Positions 12,305 to 23,345 of a DNA stretch of 64,000 nt are shown piece after piece. Location of the stretch: the NCBI GenBank assembly GCA_002269645.1, contig NIVC01001392.1, forward strand, positions 233,919 to 297,918, written 5' to 3'. How positions within the stretch are numbered: the stretch's first letter is position 1; each line of letters starts with the position of its first letter. Under the pieces are notes generated by a model that worked only from the letters and a program-made list of their open reading frames with translations, was not told the origin of the DNA and searched no databases. Both the position numbers and the translations under genes were made by a program. The DNA is from Macrostomum lignano. Taxonomy: Eukaryota.

Positions 12305-14405
12305 CTCCCGTTAATTGCCTCTTCAACTTCACGACTACAACTTCAAGCTTCGCCATCCGCATGTTGTCAGCATGATGTCACCGATGAATTGAGGAGAATG
12401 TCAGTTTTGACGAGCTACATGTAAGTTTATCCACGTTGCTCGATTTTCTACCGAGGAAAAGCCTTTATTTATTACAGTGACTACGTTCACACAAATAAAA
12501 TTTGTCAGACCGGTCGAATCATTGAAACAAATTTGCCTGGTCAAACTTCCACTGCTTGTAGAGAATTCACTACTATAGAGAGTTCTTTGCCGCTGCTTCT
12601 GTCATGCCCATTCTCTTGATTCTGGGCAGCGTTGCGCTAACACTTCCGTGCTTGCGTTTGAGAAGATCCTTGAAAAAATTTTCCATGTTCAACTGGACCC
12701 ATGCAGATCTGCTGTGCAAGTGTCTCGAAGGCTGGCCAACTTCATCTACATGTATAAAGGCATGGTGAGATTCCCGAGACGTCCAGGCAATCAACCCCCG
12801 TTTGCTCTCACCGACTTCGCAAACTGAAGCCGTAGCTGAATGCTTCTTTTAAACACCTGGCCTGTATAGATGCTAACTTTGTTATAGCCATCTATATGTT
12901 TGCCTTTTACAGTTTATACGGAGTTTTCCGATACTAGCATATATCTTACTGTCGTATGGCTCGGAAAGAAGTGCATTTTGGCGTAACTCCAGTAGTGGAA
13001 TATAAAGGAAACTCCAGCATTAGAGCCTTGCAGACTCCAATACTAGATTGATGGTCGATTTTAGCGTGCAGTTTAGTGCGACACTGCTCAGCGGCTTGCG
13101 TAGTTTTGATTAGTTGCAAGTTGCAGGACAGCCGGTTTACTTGCAGAATCTTTACTGACAGCAGGTTGATAAGGTGCAAATTTGACAAGTGCACCTAGGC
13201 CGGCGGGGAGGATACAAAATTTTGGCATTTTGCAGAGTGGCTTTTGCGCCTATGCGCCCAACATTTCCTGATAGATTTCGGCTCCCTGAGTCGATTGGCG
13301 CCGGTCCCAGAGCGCCAGAAGGTCATCCAGTAGAGTTATCTGCACTTTTCCAGTGCCAAAACCGAAACTCCAGTACTGGACGTTTATATCAGCTCCAGTA
13401 CTCGCTCCAACGCTGGAGTTTTCTTATGCTCCAATCCACTCCACGGCTGCGTGTGGATCCACTTGCAATCAGTAAATTACAGTGGCAAAAGTAGAGATAA
13501 GTTTTGTTGTTAAATATTAAGCGTGCAAAGGTACATGTATTATTAACTACTGATGTAACCACGCTCTGGTCGCGGGATAGGGCAGGGAAACTTTTTCGAA
13601 GGGTCCCGCTCATCGCCGTGCACCCCCTGCGCAGAGCCGTCGAGACTGGGCTAAGGTCTTCGACCAGGCCTGCAGACTACCGCTCTGCTGCACCTCCTGC
13701 TGCCTTGGCTCTGTCTCCCCTGCCGCCACACTTGCCTTTCCGGAGCTCCCTACCCCTCTCTGTACCTCCCCTTCTACCCTATCTCCTCTACGCTTCCCTC
13801 TATTCTTCGTGTAATTTTCCTGCCCCCTCTCTTTTTGTCTCTTTCTGCACTATTTTCCTGCGCTGTCCCCCTTTCCCTGCGTCTACTTACAGTATTTTGT
13901 GTGCTCACCGCCCCCATCCCTTCTCAAAATCCCAAACGGTGACGCAGGTCGTGTGACCCCTCCTTCCCCTCGATGACTCATCGACGACTTATTCCCCTCT
14001 CTTGCGCAACCTTTTCTCATGCTATTGTTCTCCTCCCCAAATTTCTCATGCGACACCCACCCCACCTCCGCTTCTATTGTTCTCGTTTTTGATTCTTTTT
14101 TCTCTTTATCCCCACCAATTATCACATTTTCTCCGATTTTCTCTTTCTATTGTTCTCATTTTCGCACCTAATTATCACCTTTTCTCCAATGTTTGCTTTT
14201 CTATTGTTCTCGGTTCTCCCCAATTATGCCCGATTTCCAATTCCTTTGTTCTCGACCCCCGCCCCATTGTTCTCAATGTTTGCTTGCGCAACACTTTCGC
14301 GGCCTCCCGCTGCGCCAATTATCCCCCACCCCGCCTCCGGATTGCACAATTCTCCCATTTCTCATGATGCTATGCCGTTCTCATGCTTCTCATCATGACT
14401 CATTC

Positions 14406-14812
14406 TGACGTCATTCTGCCGGCAGCCAATCAAAGAGAGGGAGTCATGGTAACGACCTTGGAGCGGCGGCTGGGAAGGCTATAAAAGGAAGCGATTTTGG
14501 CATGAGAATCCTCAACCTTCGGGCTCCTCGTCTTTCTTTAGACTTGCTGTTAGCCGTAGCTCTGACCTATTCGTCTATAGGGCGAATCCCTGCCGGCCCG
14601 CTGTCTGATACCGCCAAGTCACCTTAGCTCCCAAAGTGAGCTCGCCTATCGGCCAGCGGTCTGATACCGCCCAGCAACATCAGCATCGCCTGATCTACAT
14701 CAGCGCCTCGTCGCTTCAGCGCATCGCCGCTTCACTGTCTGCCTGACTGCAGCCTACAGCCGTCCTCGGTCACTCCATCGCTCTCTCTCTCTCTGTGCAG
14801 CTGCCGGTAAGT
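14406..14812 (+). promoter_or_regulatory. Pol II promoter-like cassette with first non-coding exon (LTR/retroelement-like leader)
   Basis: TGACGTCA 14406-14413, CCAAT 14426-14430, TATAAAA 14480-14486, then donor GTAAGT at 14807. Motif order only; no transcript evidence. Confidence 0.45.
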
Positions 14813-15179
14813 TTCTATTACTAGTTTGTGCTCTAATTGCCTTTGCTTATCCGAGGTTTGCCTATTTTCCATTGCTTGATTAGAGAGCTGAGCCAATTGT
14901 GATACCGTATCTTTTGCTGTACTTTTTACTCAATAGTGAAGCCGTTTAATTGCCTGATTATTTGCCTAAGGGCCTAATTATTAACTATTAACTAACCTCA
15001 TCATTATTCACTCTTTCACCATCATTTCACACATGGCTTGCTAAGCCTTTCCCCGGGGTGGCGAAGCATAAGGAAGTTTGGTTAAGTGGCCTCTCCCCGT
15101 GCAAAGCCCGCCTGTGAGTGCGTGCTGCGGGTCCGTGTGTGCATGCAGTAGAGGGAATTAGTGGCAGTATAGGAAGGTT

Positions 15180-16050
15180 GCAACCCCATGCTGACGCGTC
15201 CCTTCGCCCTGAGCAATCTAAACCATAGACAGTACATGTTCGCCTCATACTACTCTTAGTAATCAAGGTCGTAAGTCAGCCTCGCTCACAGCCACAAAGG
15301 ATCCCCTGCTGAGAAATCCTCCAGATTGAGCCCAGAGTTCCCGATCATGCCCCAAGCAGAGTCCCTGTACTCGGCTGCATGTGTCTCCTCTGTTAGCCTA
15401 AATCTCCTGGTAACCATCCCAGGCGGGGCTCTAGCCTCGAGAGGTCTGGTAGTAAGATCCAGGTGCGCCAGGTCACATAGAGTGGTGGCAGCCACTCGGT
15501 CATACTATGACCGAGTGACCAACTATTGCACCTTGGCTACAGGTGGGGTCCATGTGGGTCCTTGGCCCTCTGGTCACGAAGCGCTACCAAAGCTATCAAT
15601 CATGTGGGCGGGACAGTCTGGTGCTGGAGGTCCGTCAGGTCATTGCCCGGTCATAGGCAGCCCCCCTCTAGTCATGCGTTCGTCCCTCAACGGAGCGGAC
15701 AGGCGACAAGGGCGGTTACATCACAACCTAATGGCAGCACACTGGGACTCAATTACAGTGTTTTTCAGAGCGAGGTGCTTGCCATCAGCTTCTGTGTGGC
15801 AGAGCTGCGTCGAAGGCAGTTTAGCTTGCAGTCAGAAATTTATTTTTGATAAATGATAGCCAAGCAGCCATTCTGGCCGTCTGCTGCAGCACCACCAACT
15901 CCAGATCTGTCCCTGGACTGCAACGCCCGGCTCCATGGGCTTGCGCTGGGCAACCAGGTGGAGCTCAAGCGGATCCCGGCCCACGATGTTATGGTTTCCA
16001 TCCCGGCAAGGCTGGCTCCGCCGGCGCGCTTCTGGACCGGGCCCAGCTGG
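15180..16050. mobile_element. Decayed, rearranged non-LTR retrotransposon fragment with RNase H (LOA/R1/I-like)
   Basis: Plus strand 15730-15985 in shifting frames reads LGLNYSVFQSEVLAI...IYF..DSQAAILAV...LDCNARLHGLALGNQVELKRIPAH, the LINE RNase H pattern SVFQAE / SDSQAA / WVPGH. Weaker RT-thumb and linker similarity on both strands at 15180-15700. Confidence 0.65.
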
Positions 16051-16857
16051 GGCCCCCACCCCTGCGCTTCGGTGATGCCCTCTGCAGCTAAGTCAAACAT
16101 ACTCGTGTGCATACTGGCACTAATTCATGATTGAGCATACATGTACATGTAGGTGAAATACTTGCGTCAGTGTCAATACGCTCTTGTGCTAATCTCCATT
16201 CTAGCCGTGCTTGCTTTTGCTAGTGCGCGCTTGTTCATGCAACCCAACTTTAATGATATTTTTAAACCTAGCTTACTTGAGGTAGCAAATAAGCCAGACT
16301 ATGTGGATAGTTTTCCATTAGCTCAGGAAAGTTTAACATTTTGAGCAGAATAAGAGAATTTTCAGGCCGCCGCGATCCAAACTTCAAACTCTGCGACTTG
16401 CGATCTGGTCAATTCTTTTGCGCGAGCGAAATTTCTCAAATAAGTGTAACGTGAAGTGAAAAATACTTGGGCGACTTCGGACACTTCCAAATATGCGCGA
16501 AAATGCGTGGCGCAACAGCCAAATTACCGGGGTGACATCGATCGAGCAAAATGCTTTTTTATTTGTTATTCGGACAAAAAATAATTACAGCTCTCAATAA
16601 ACGCAAAGGTAATGTGCCGCTTGGATAGAATAAATTTTTGCAGCTACGCAAAAACAATCGAAGTAATGCGCGCAACATAGAGCTGCCCGAAGAAACTTCA
16701 GCTACACAGCAACTACAAACCGGTGGTACAGGACTGCGCATCGCCAGGGTGTGAGTCACACAAACACGCATCACTTCAGACAATCGTTAAGGTCATAACC
16801 ATAGTTTATTAAATAACCCTCACTATGCCACTGTTCGTTAAGGTCCTCGCGGAACCG

Positions 16858-19800
16858 GATGACAGCACGCGAGCAGCGATCGTCCTCCGCTTGAGCCGGT
16901 GGTCACTGCAGCCGAAGTGGCAGGCAGCAAACAGTCCTGCGATCGTCCTCCGCTTGAGCCGGTGGTCACTGCAGCCGAAGCGGCAGCATTCATCGGATCC
17001 TTGCAAAATAGTATTTCTTTTCTGGCATCCCAAATCCCAAATAGCTTTCATAAACGCACAGTTCCCCGTTGGAAAGCCGAATACTAAGTGCGGCGTCAGC
17101 GTTAGCTGACTCGCATGTACGCACCATAAATAATGAGAGTGAGGCGTCTGAAGTAAATAATGATGCATTATCTTTTTAAATAATACCAAAACGAAACAAT
17201 CTTCTCAGTTTCGAACATAAATGGTGACAGTACACGGGGGCACAGTGGGAGATAGCCTGGAAGTGGTTGCCATGGAAGGGTAGCCTGGGAGGAGTAGCCT
17301 GGAAGGGCTGCCTGGGAGGGGTAGAGTAGGAGGGGTAGTCTCGGAGCGCTGCCTGGGAGGGGTAGGCAGGGAGGGCTGCCTAGGAGGGGTAGGCTGGGAG
17401 GGGTAGGCTGGGAGGGCTGCCTGGGAGGGGTAGGCTGGGAGGGGTAGGCTGGGAGGGCTGCCTGGGAGGGGTAGGCTGGGAGGGCTGCCTGGAAGGGGTG
17501 GGTAGTCTCGGAGCGCTGCCTGGGAGGGGTAGGCAGGGAGGGCTGCCTGGGAGGGGTAGGCAGGGAGGGCTGCTTGGGAGGGGTAAGCTGGGAGGGGTAC
17601 GCTGGGAGGGCTGCCTGGGAGGGGTGGGTAGGCTGGGAGGGCTGTCTGGGAGGGGTAGGCTGGGAGGGCTGCCTGGGAAGGTTCGCCTGGGAGGTGTAGA
17701 GTAGAAGGGGAAGAGTAGGAGGGGAAGAGTAGGAAAGAGGAGCCTGATGGTTTGAGTAGGAAGGGTAGCCTGGGAGAGAGCCTGGAAGAGGTTGTGATGG
17801 AAGGGGTAGCCTGAGAGGGGTAGAGTAGCAGGGGTAGCCTAGGAGGGTTGCATAGGAGAAGTAGCTTGGGAAGGGTATAGTGGGAGGGGTAAACTGGACG
17901 GGGTAGCTTGGGAGAGCTGAGAGGTCACTGGGAAGGGTATCCTCGGATGGTTATCCTGGGAGGGCTAGCCTGGGAAGGGTAGCCTGGGAGGGGTAGCCTG
18001 GGAAGGGTAGCCTGGGAGGGGTAGAATGGGAGGGTAGCCTGGGAAGGGTAGAATGGGAGAGGTAGCCTGGGAAGGGTAGAATGGGAGGTAGCCTGGGAAG
18101 GGTAGCCTGGGAAGGGTAGCCTGGGAGGGTATCCTGGGAAGGGTAGCCTGGGAAGGGTAGAATGGGAGGGGTAGAATGGGAGAGGTAGCCTGGGAAGGGT
18201 ATCCTGGGAAGGGTAGCCTGGGAGGGGTAGAATGGGAGGGGTAGAATGGGAGGGCTGCCTAGGAAGGGTAGCATGGGAGAGGTAGCCTGGGAAGGGTAGC
18301 CTGGGAAGGGTAGCCTGGGAAGGGTAGCCTAGGAAAGGTAGCCTGGGAGGGGTATAATGGGAGGGGTAGAATGGGAGGGGTAGAATGGGAGGGGTAGAAT
18401 GGGAAGGCTGCCTGGGAAGGGTAGCCTGAGAAGGGTAGAATGGGAAGGGTAGTCTGGGAGGGGTAGAATGGGAGAGGTAGAATAAGAGGAAGCCTGAGGG
18501 GTTGAATAGGAAGGGTAGCCATAGAGGGGTAGCCTAATAGGACTGTCTGGGAAAGGTAAAGTAGGAGAGATAGCCTAGAGGAACTGTCTAGGAGGGCTAC
18601 CTAGGAAAGACAGCCTAGAAGGACTACCTAAGAAGAATAGCCTAGAATAGATGGCCTAGATAGTCTAGAGGGGAGTGCCTAGAAAGGCTACCTAGAAGAG
18701 ATAGCAAGGATAGATCCAAAGGTCCCAAGGGGCCATAGCCATGATATCTCCCTTAACTATGGATTAAAAACTCTGGGTCATATATTTTGGCCAAGGTCTA
18801 TTTTCTAATTTTAGGTTATAGTTGCTTAGTATAGTTTGTCGCCTGCAATTTTTTTAGATCTACCCTTAAGGGATAATTATAAAGGCTAGCCAAAGAAAAA
18901 TAACCTAGATAGAGAAGCCTTATTTGAGTATTAGAGTATTAGAGACTAAGTGGGGTAAACTAGCCTAGTCTAACTAGGTAAGATAGTCATAAAAGATTAT
19001 TTTAAAAGAATAATAGGGCCTAGCCTAGCTAAGCTTTGGGCTTAGTAGGCAAAACTTTTTTATTCAATTTTTTAATGAAAGACAAAGTAATAGACTAGGC
19101 TTATATTAAAAAATATTTTAAATGTTTATTATATGGTATACTAGAATTAGAACTATAATTGTTTAATATAGGCCTAGGCTATATAAATAATTTACTAGCA
19201 CTAATATTAATGACAAAAACTTTTTATAGCCTAAAATGGCTACCTAGCTATATGAGCTATATGTCTATATAATATATAACACTTGATTAGACCTAGTCTG
19301 TCCTACCTTTATATGGCTACAATAAAAACCTATAGGCTATACTAGTCATAGGCCCAGCATATGCTATATAGGCCTAGGCTCTATAAATTTCAACCAAAAT
19401 AGCAAGAAGCCCAAATATAGATTAGAAAGAACTTATCAACTTATATCTAGTCATTAATAGCCTATCCTAGCCTTTTAACTAAAGATAATATATCCCTGCC
19501 ATTTTAAAGTAGACCAGAACAAGTCAATTGGCCTATATTTACTATATATTACAGTGCAATTCAATTCTAACAATGAAATAGGCCTAGTTGCTTGATATCA
19601 AAGGTAGCTTTTTGAACTAGGCCTATTAGGGCCTAGTCAATTAGTCCAGTTGTGTCTAAGCCTAGTAAAGATTAACTACTTGCTAATGCTTAACAATAAT
19701 GAAATGGCTTAGTATTAAACTGTAACGAATCTTGTACTTAACCTTACCCTAGCCTAAAACTAAAATAGTCTAGGCCCCTAGCTCATTTTAAATCGACGGC

Positions 19801-19925
19801 AATTTTACCAGCCGATTGAATATATTAGTTCGCTTTAGTAGGCCTTGCGAACATGATCTTTGAACACAGAACTTGTTCACAACAGCCTTAAAGGAGGTCA
19901 GCGATCATGTTCAATTTGGCTTTAT
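16858..19925 (-). repeat. Right arm of the large inverted duplication
   Basis: Reverse complement of 6174-10083, with fewer minisatellite units and a divergent middle (about 18830-19600). Confidence 0.95.
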
Positions 19926-20960
19926 CCGTGTCAACAGGGCTGGCCTTGGCCACGCGGCGCAGGCGCTCAGTGGGCTGATGCAGGAGAGCCAGCGCCAGAG
20001 GATTTTGCTCGCCGCGGCCGTGGCTTCTTAGGCAGTGGCCAGATAACATCTGACGGCGTTTACGGTAGTGCAGCTGAGCGTGGGAACACCAACGCGAGTC
20101 ATCAGGTCCTTGGTCGGCACAGTATCAGGGGGTAGTGTACGCCCAGGGCATAGCGCGGAGCAGCGACCTGTTATAGTGAGCATCCAGCGCTTGCTGTCGC
20201 GTCGCAGTCATTGGCACAGCCTCCATGCCATAATAGGAGAATCGGCTCAACGGCAGTGCGGAAAAGGCGCATCTTAAGGTCGTCGCGAGCGGTTGAATTG
20301 AAGACGCTCCTGAGCATGCGTGCCACACGCCAGGCCTGAGTCCTCCTGTCAGAGACAATGGTGTCGGGGCTCAATTGACAAGGGAGCCGAGGTAGCGGAA
20401 GTCCTCGCACACCTTGACGACTTCTCCATTTGGAAGGGCTAGCGCAAGTTGCAGTGCCCACGTGGAGCACCTCAGTCTTTTTGGATGCGTTGATCACCAA
20501 GCCAACTCGAGTGCCCTCTTCGTAGAGTCTAGACAGAGCCCGTTGGGCAGCAGCCGGATCGCGACACAGAAGGGCAATGTCGTCAGCATAGGCGAGAGCA
20601 GGCAGCGAGACGGCGGGATGTCGGGAGCTTCGGCGTGAGACCAGCACATATATAGCCATCATCTTCACGCAGGCATCGGCGAAGAACATAGTCTACCACA
20701 ACAATGAAGAGTAGTGGAGCCAGCGTGTCGCTCTGAAGGACGCCGGAAGTTGTGCTGAATTCTTCAGTGGGGCCGTCGCTCGACTAAACAAACGCCCTTG
20801 AATCGCTGTACAAGTCCATCACAGCGGCTACAAGTTCGGAAGGAACGCCATAGTAGGACAGAATCCATGGGAGTGCAGGTCTGTCAACTGAGTCGAAAGC
20901 TTTGCGGAAGTCGACAAAATCAATTGAGATGGAGCGCTGGTGCGTCTTAACAGGCTTCGA
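19926..20960 (-). mobile_element. Decayed non-LTR retrotransposon reverse transcriptase (RTE/RTEX-like), truncated at both ends
   Basis: Frameshifted motifs FVDFRKAFDSV, GVLQSDTLAPLLFIVVVDYVLR, LAYADDIALL, GLVINASKKTEVL, RLFRTAVEPILL, LSGHCLR; stops and indels present. Confidence 0.9.
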
Positions 20961-21940
20961 TGATGCAGCGTTTATTATAAATCGCATTTATAATATGCTA
21001 TACCATTTAATGAGGTAAATTAAGAAATAATGCCTAGTATGGAGCTAGATCAATTGTTTCGTATTTATTTTTCTATGCATATTTTTTCGATTGAGTTCCA
21101 TGTATTTCAGCTTTCATCAGGCTTTGTTCAACCGATACTCTCGTACCCAAATTGTCCTGGGAAATCGCGTACGAACCAAGGCAGGCTACAGAAACAGCAC
21201 AGAAACGAAAAACAAAAAAAAATCCGTTGGATACTTTTATGTTTAAAATTATATTTACTCGTAATATGATGACAGCGCTGTCCAGGCCCTGCACTACAAT
21301 GTAAATTTTAACATTTTTCTCCCCATGCCTGCCCAATCTCTGTTTCCAAACCCTGGATATCCAGGTATGTCTCACTCCCTACACCCACCCCACTCCTTGT
21401 CGCCCACCCAAATCTCCGTGTTATATTGTTCAAAATTACCCAAGCAAAACACACTCAACGAACTCGGCCAATGTTGTACATGTATTGGTAAGCTATTTTT
21501 CTCCCAGTTCCATGACATTTCAATTTGGTCCCCTCCTAAACCGCGCACTAAACCCATTTTACTAGCCAATCACAGCCCAAAGACCACTATAGTACATGTA
21601 TATATATATCTCGACCAGGTCTCTACATGTACACTCAAAGATTGTGTTTTTTGGAGTCCGTAATTCTCCTGGAAAAAATTAACTGCGGAGATTCATGCGG
21701 AAGTCGTCCATGTGATTCTGAGCCCCAGGCGGAAAAATTCCCTAATGCAAAAGTCCCCGCTCAAGCACTTGTTTATAGGCTATTCATTATTCAACTAGCT
21801 GATGCCTCGCATAGAGTCCCTTAGCTCGGCCATGGCTACACTTCAAGTGGCCTTAAGCTTTGCCCGTACGTAGCAGGCTGGGAGTCCCGTCTAATTATTA
21901 GCAGGTGTTTCAATACCTTGCAGTTGTTACTTTTGCGCAG

Positions 21941-22079
21941 GTGACTGATGGTGGCTGCGCCTTTTTGATGTGCAAATCTTCGAATACCCTGAAGGTCGTA
22001 GTTTACAGCACACATGTACATGAACCGAATGGGACCTGGGCCACTCAGTCACACCACAAGCTACCAAGCATAAACTCAG
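21941..22079 (+). other. Possible orphan exon (139 nt)
   Basis: cttttgcgcAG| acceptor and CAG|GTGAGT donor flank an open frame VTDGGCAFLMCKSSNTLKVVVYSTHVHEPNGTWATQSHHKLPSINS; no partner exons or homology recognised. Confidence 0.25.
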
Positions 22080-22342
22080 GTGAGTGGTCCTTAAAAGCGA
22101 GGCCTGGTGGCCAGCTGAGAAAGAGAACACAGGTAACTGATTCTGTATAGCCACGATTGAAATTAACCACAATCGAACCCAATTACAGCTGCTAATGGTC
22201 AGCATGTAGCTCATCATCGTTAGTAGAGGTTTAATTTATATTCATTAGTAATTGTATTTTCAGGTTAAGTTTTGAACGGATACATGTCATGCATCATTCA
22301 GATACAGAGCCCAAGGAAGGCTGGCACCCCTTGTTCTAAATC

Positions 22343-23345
22343 TCCTGGTGCTAAAGCTCCTGGTGCTGGCGCCCCTGGTGCTGGCGCCCCTGGTGCTGGG
22401 GCCCCTGGTGCTGGGGCCCCTGGTGCTGGGGCCCCTGGTGCTGGGGCCCCTGGTGCTGGCGCCCCTGGTGCTTGGGCCCCTGGTGCTGGCGCCCCTGGTG
22501 CTTGGGCCCCTGGTGCTGGGGCCCCTGGTGCTGGCGCCCCTGGTGCTGGCGCCCCTGGTGCTGGCGCCCCTGGTGCTGGCGCCCCTGGTGCTGGCGCCCC
22601 TGGTGCTGGCGCCCCTGGTGCTGGCGCCCCTGGTGCTGGCGCCCCTGGTGCTGGCGCCCCTGGTGCTGGCGCCCCTGGTGCTGGCGCCCCTGGTGCTGGC
22701 GCCCCTGGTGCTGGCGCCCCTGGTGCTGGCGCCCCTGGTGCTGGCGCCCCTGGTGCTGGCGCCCCTGGTGCTGGCGCCCCTGGTGCTGGCGCCCCTGGTG
22801 CTGGCGCCCCTGGTGCTGGCGCCCCTGGTGCTGGCGCCCCTGGTGCTGGCGCCCCTGGTGCTGGCGCCCCTGGTGCTGGCGCCTCTGGTGCTGGCGCCTC
22901 TGGTGCTGGCGCCCCTGGTGCTGGCGCCCCTGGTGCTGGCGCCCCTGGTGCTGGCGCCCCTGGTGCTGGCGCCCCTGGTGCTGGCGCCCCTGGTGCTGGC
23001 GCCCCTGGTGCTGGCGCCCCTGGTGCTGGCGCCCCTGGTGCTGGCGCCCCTGGTGCTGGCGCCCCTGGTGCTGGCGCCCCTGGTGCTGGCGCCCCTGGTG
23101 CTGGCGCCCCTGGTGCTGGCGCCCCTGGTGCTGGCGCCCCTGGTGCTGGCGCCCCTGGTGCTGGCGCTCCTGGTGCTGGCGCCCCTGGTGCTGGCGCTCC
23201 TGGTGCTGGCGCCCCTGGTGCCAAATCTCCTGATGCTAAATCCCCTGGTGCTAAAGCCCCTGGTGCTAAATTCCCTGGTGCTAAATCCCCTGGTGCTAAA
23301 TTCCCTGGTGCTAAATCCCCTGGTGCTAAATCCCCTGGTGCTAAA
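22343..23345. repeat. 15-bp GC-rich minisatellite (GGTGCTGGCGCCCCT)n with GGTGCTAAATCCCCT variants at the ends
   Basis: Direct reading; source of the GAGAP / APLVL pseudo-ORFs. Confidence 0.95.

Noticed and set aside
12570-13500. Short minus-strand ORFs in the interior of the inverted duplication, considered as a transposase
   Set aside because: No DDE or zinc-finger motif recognisable; frames interrupted.
21085-21125. Minus-strand CTGATGA-AAGCT-GAAA hammerhead-like core
   Set aside because: The cleavage triplet would end in G, and stem I has no complementary strand.
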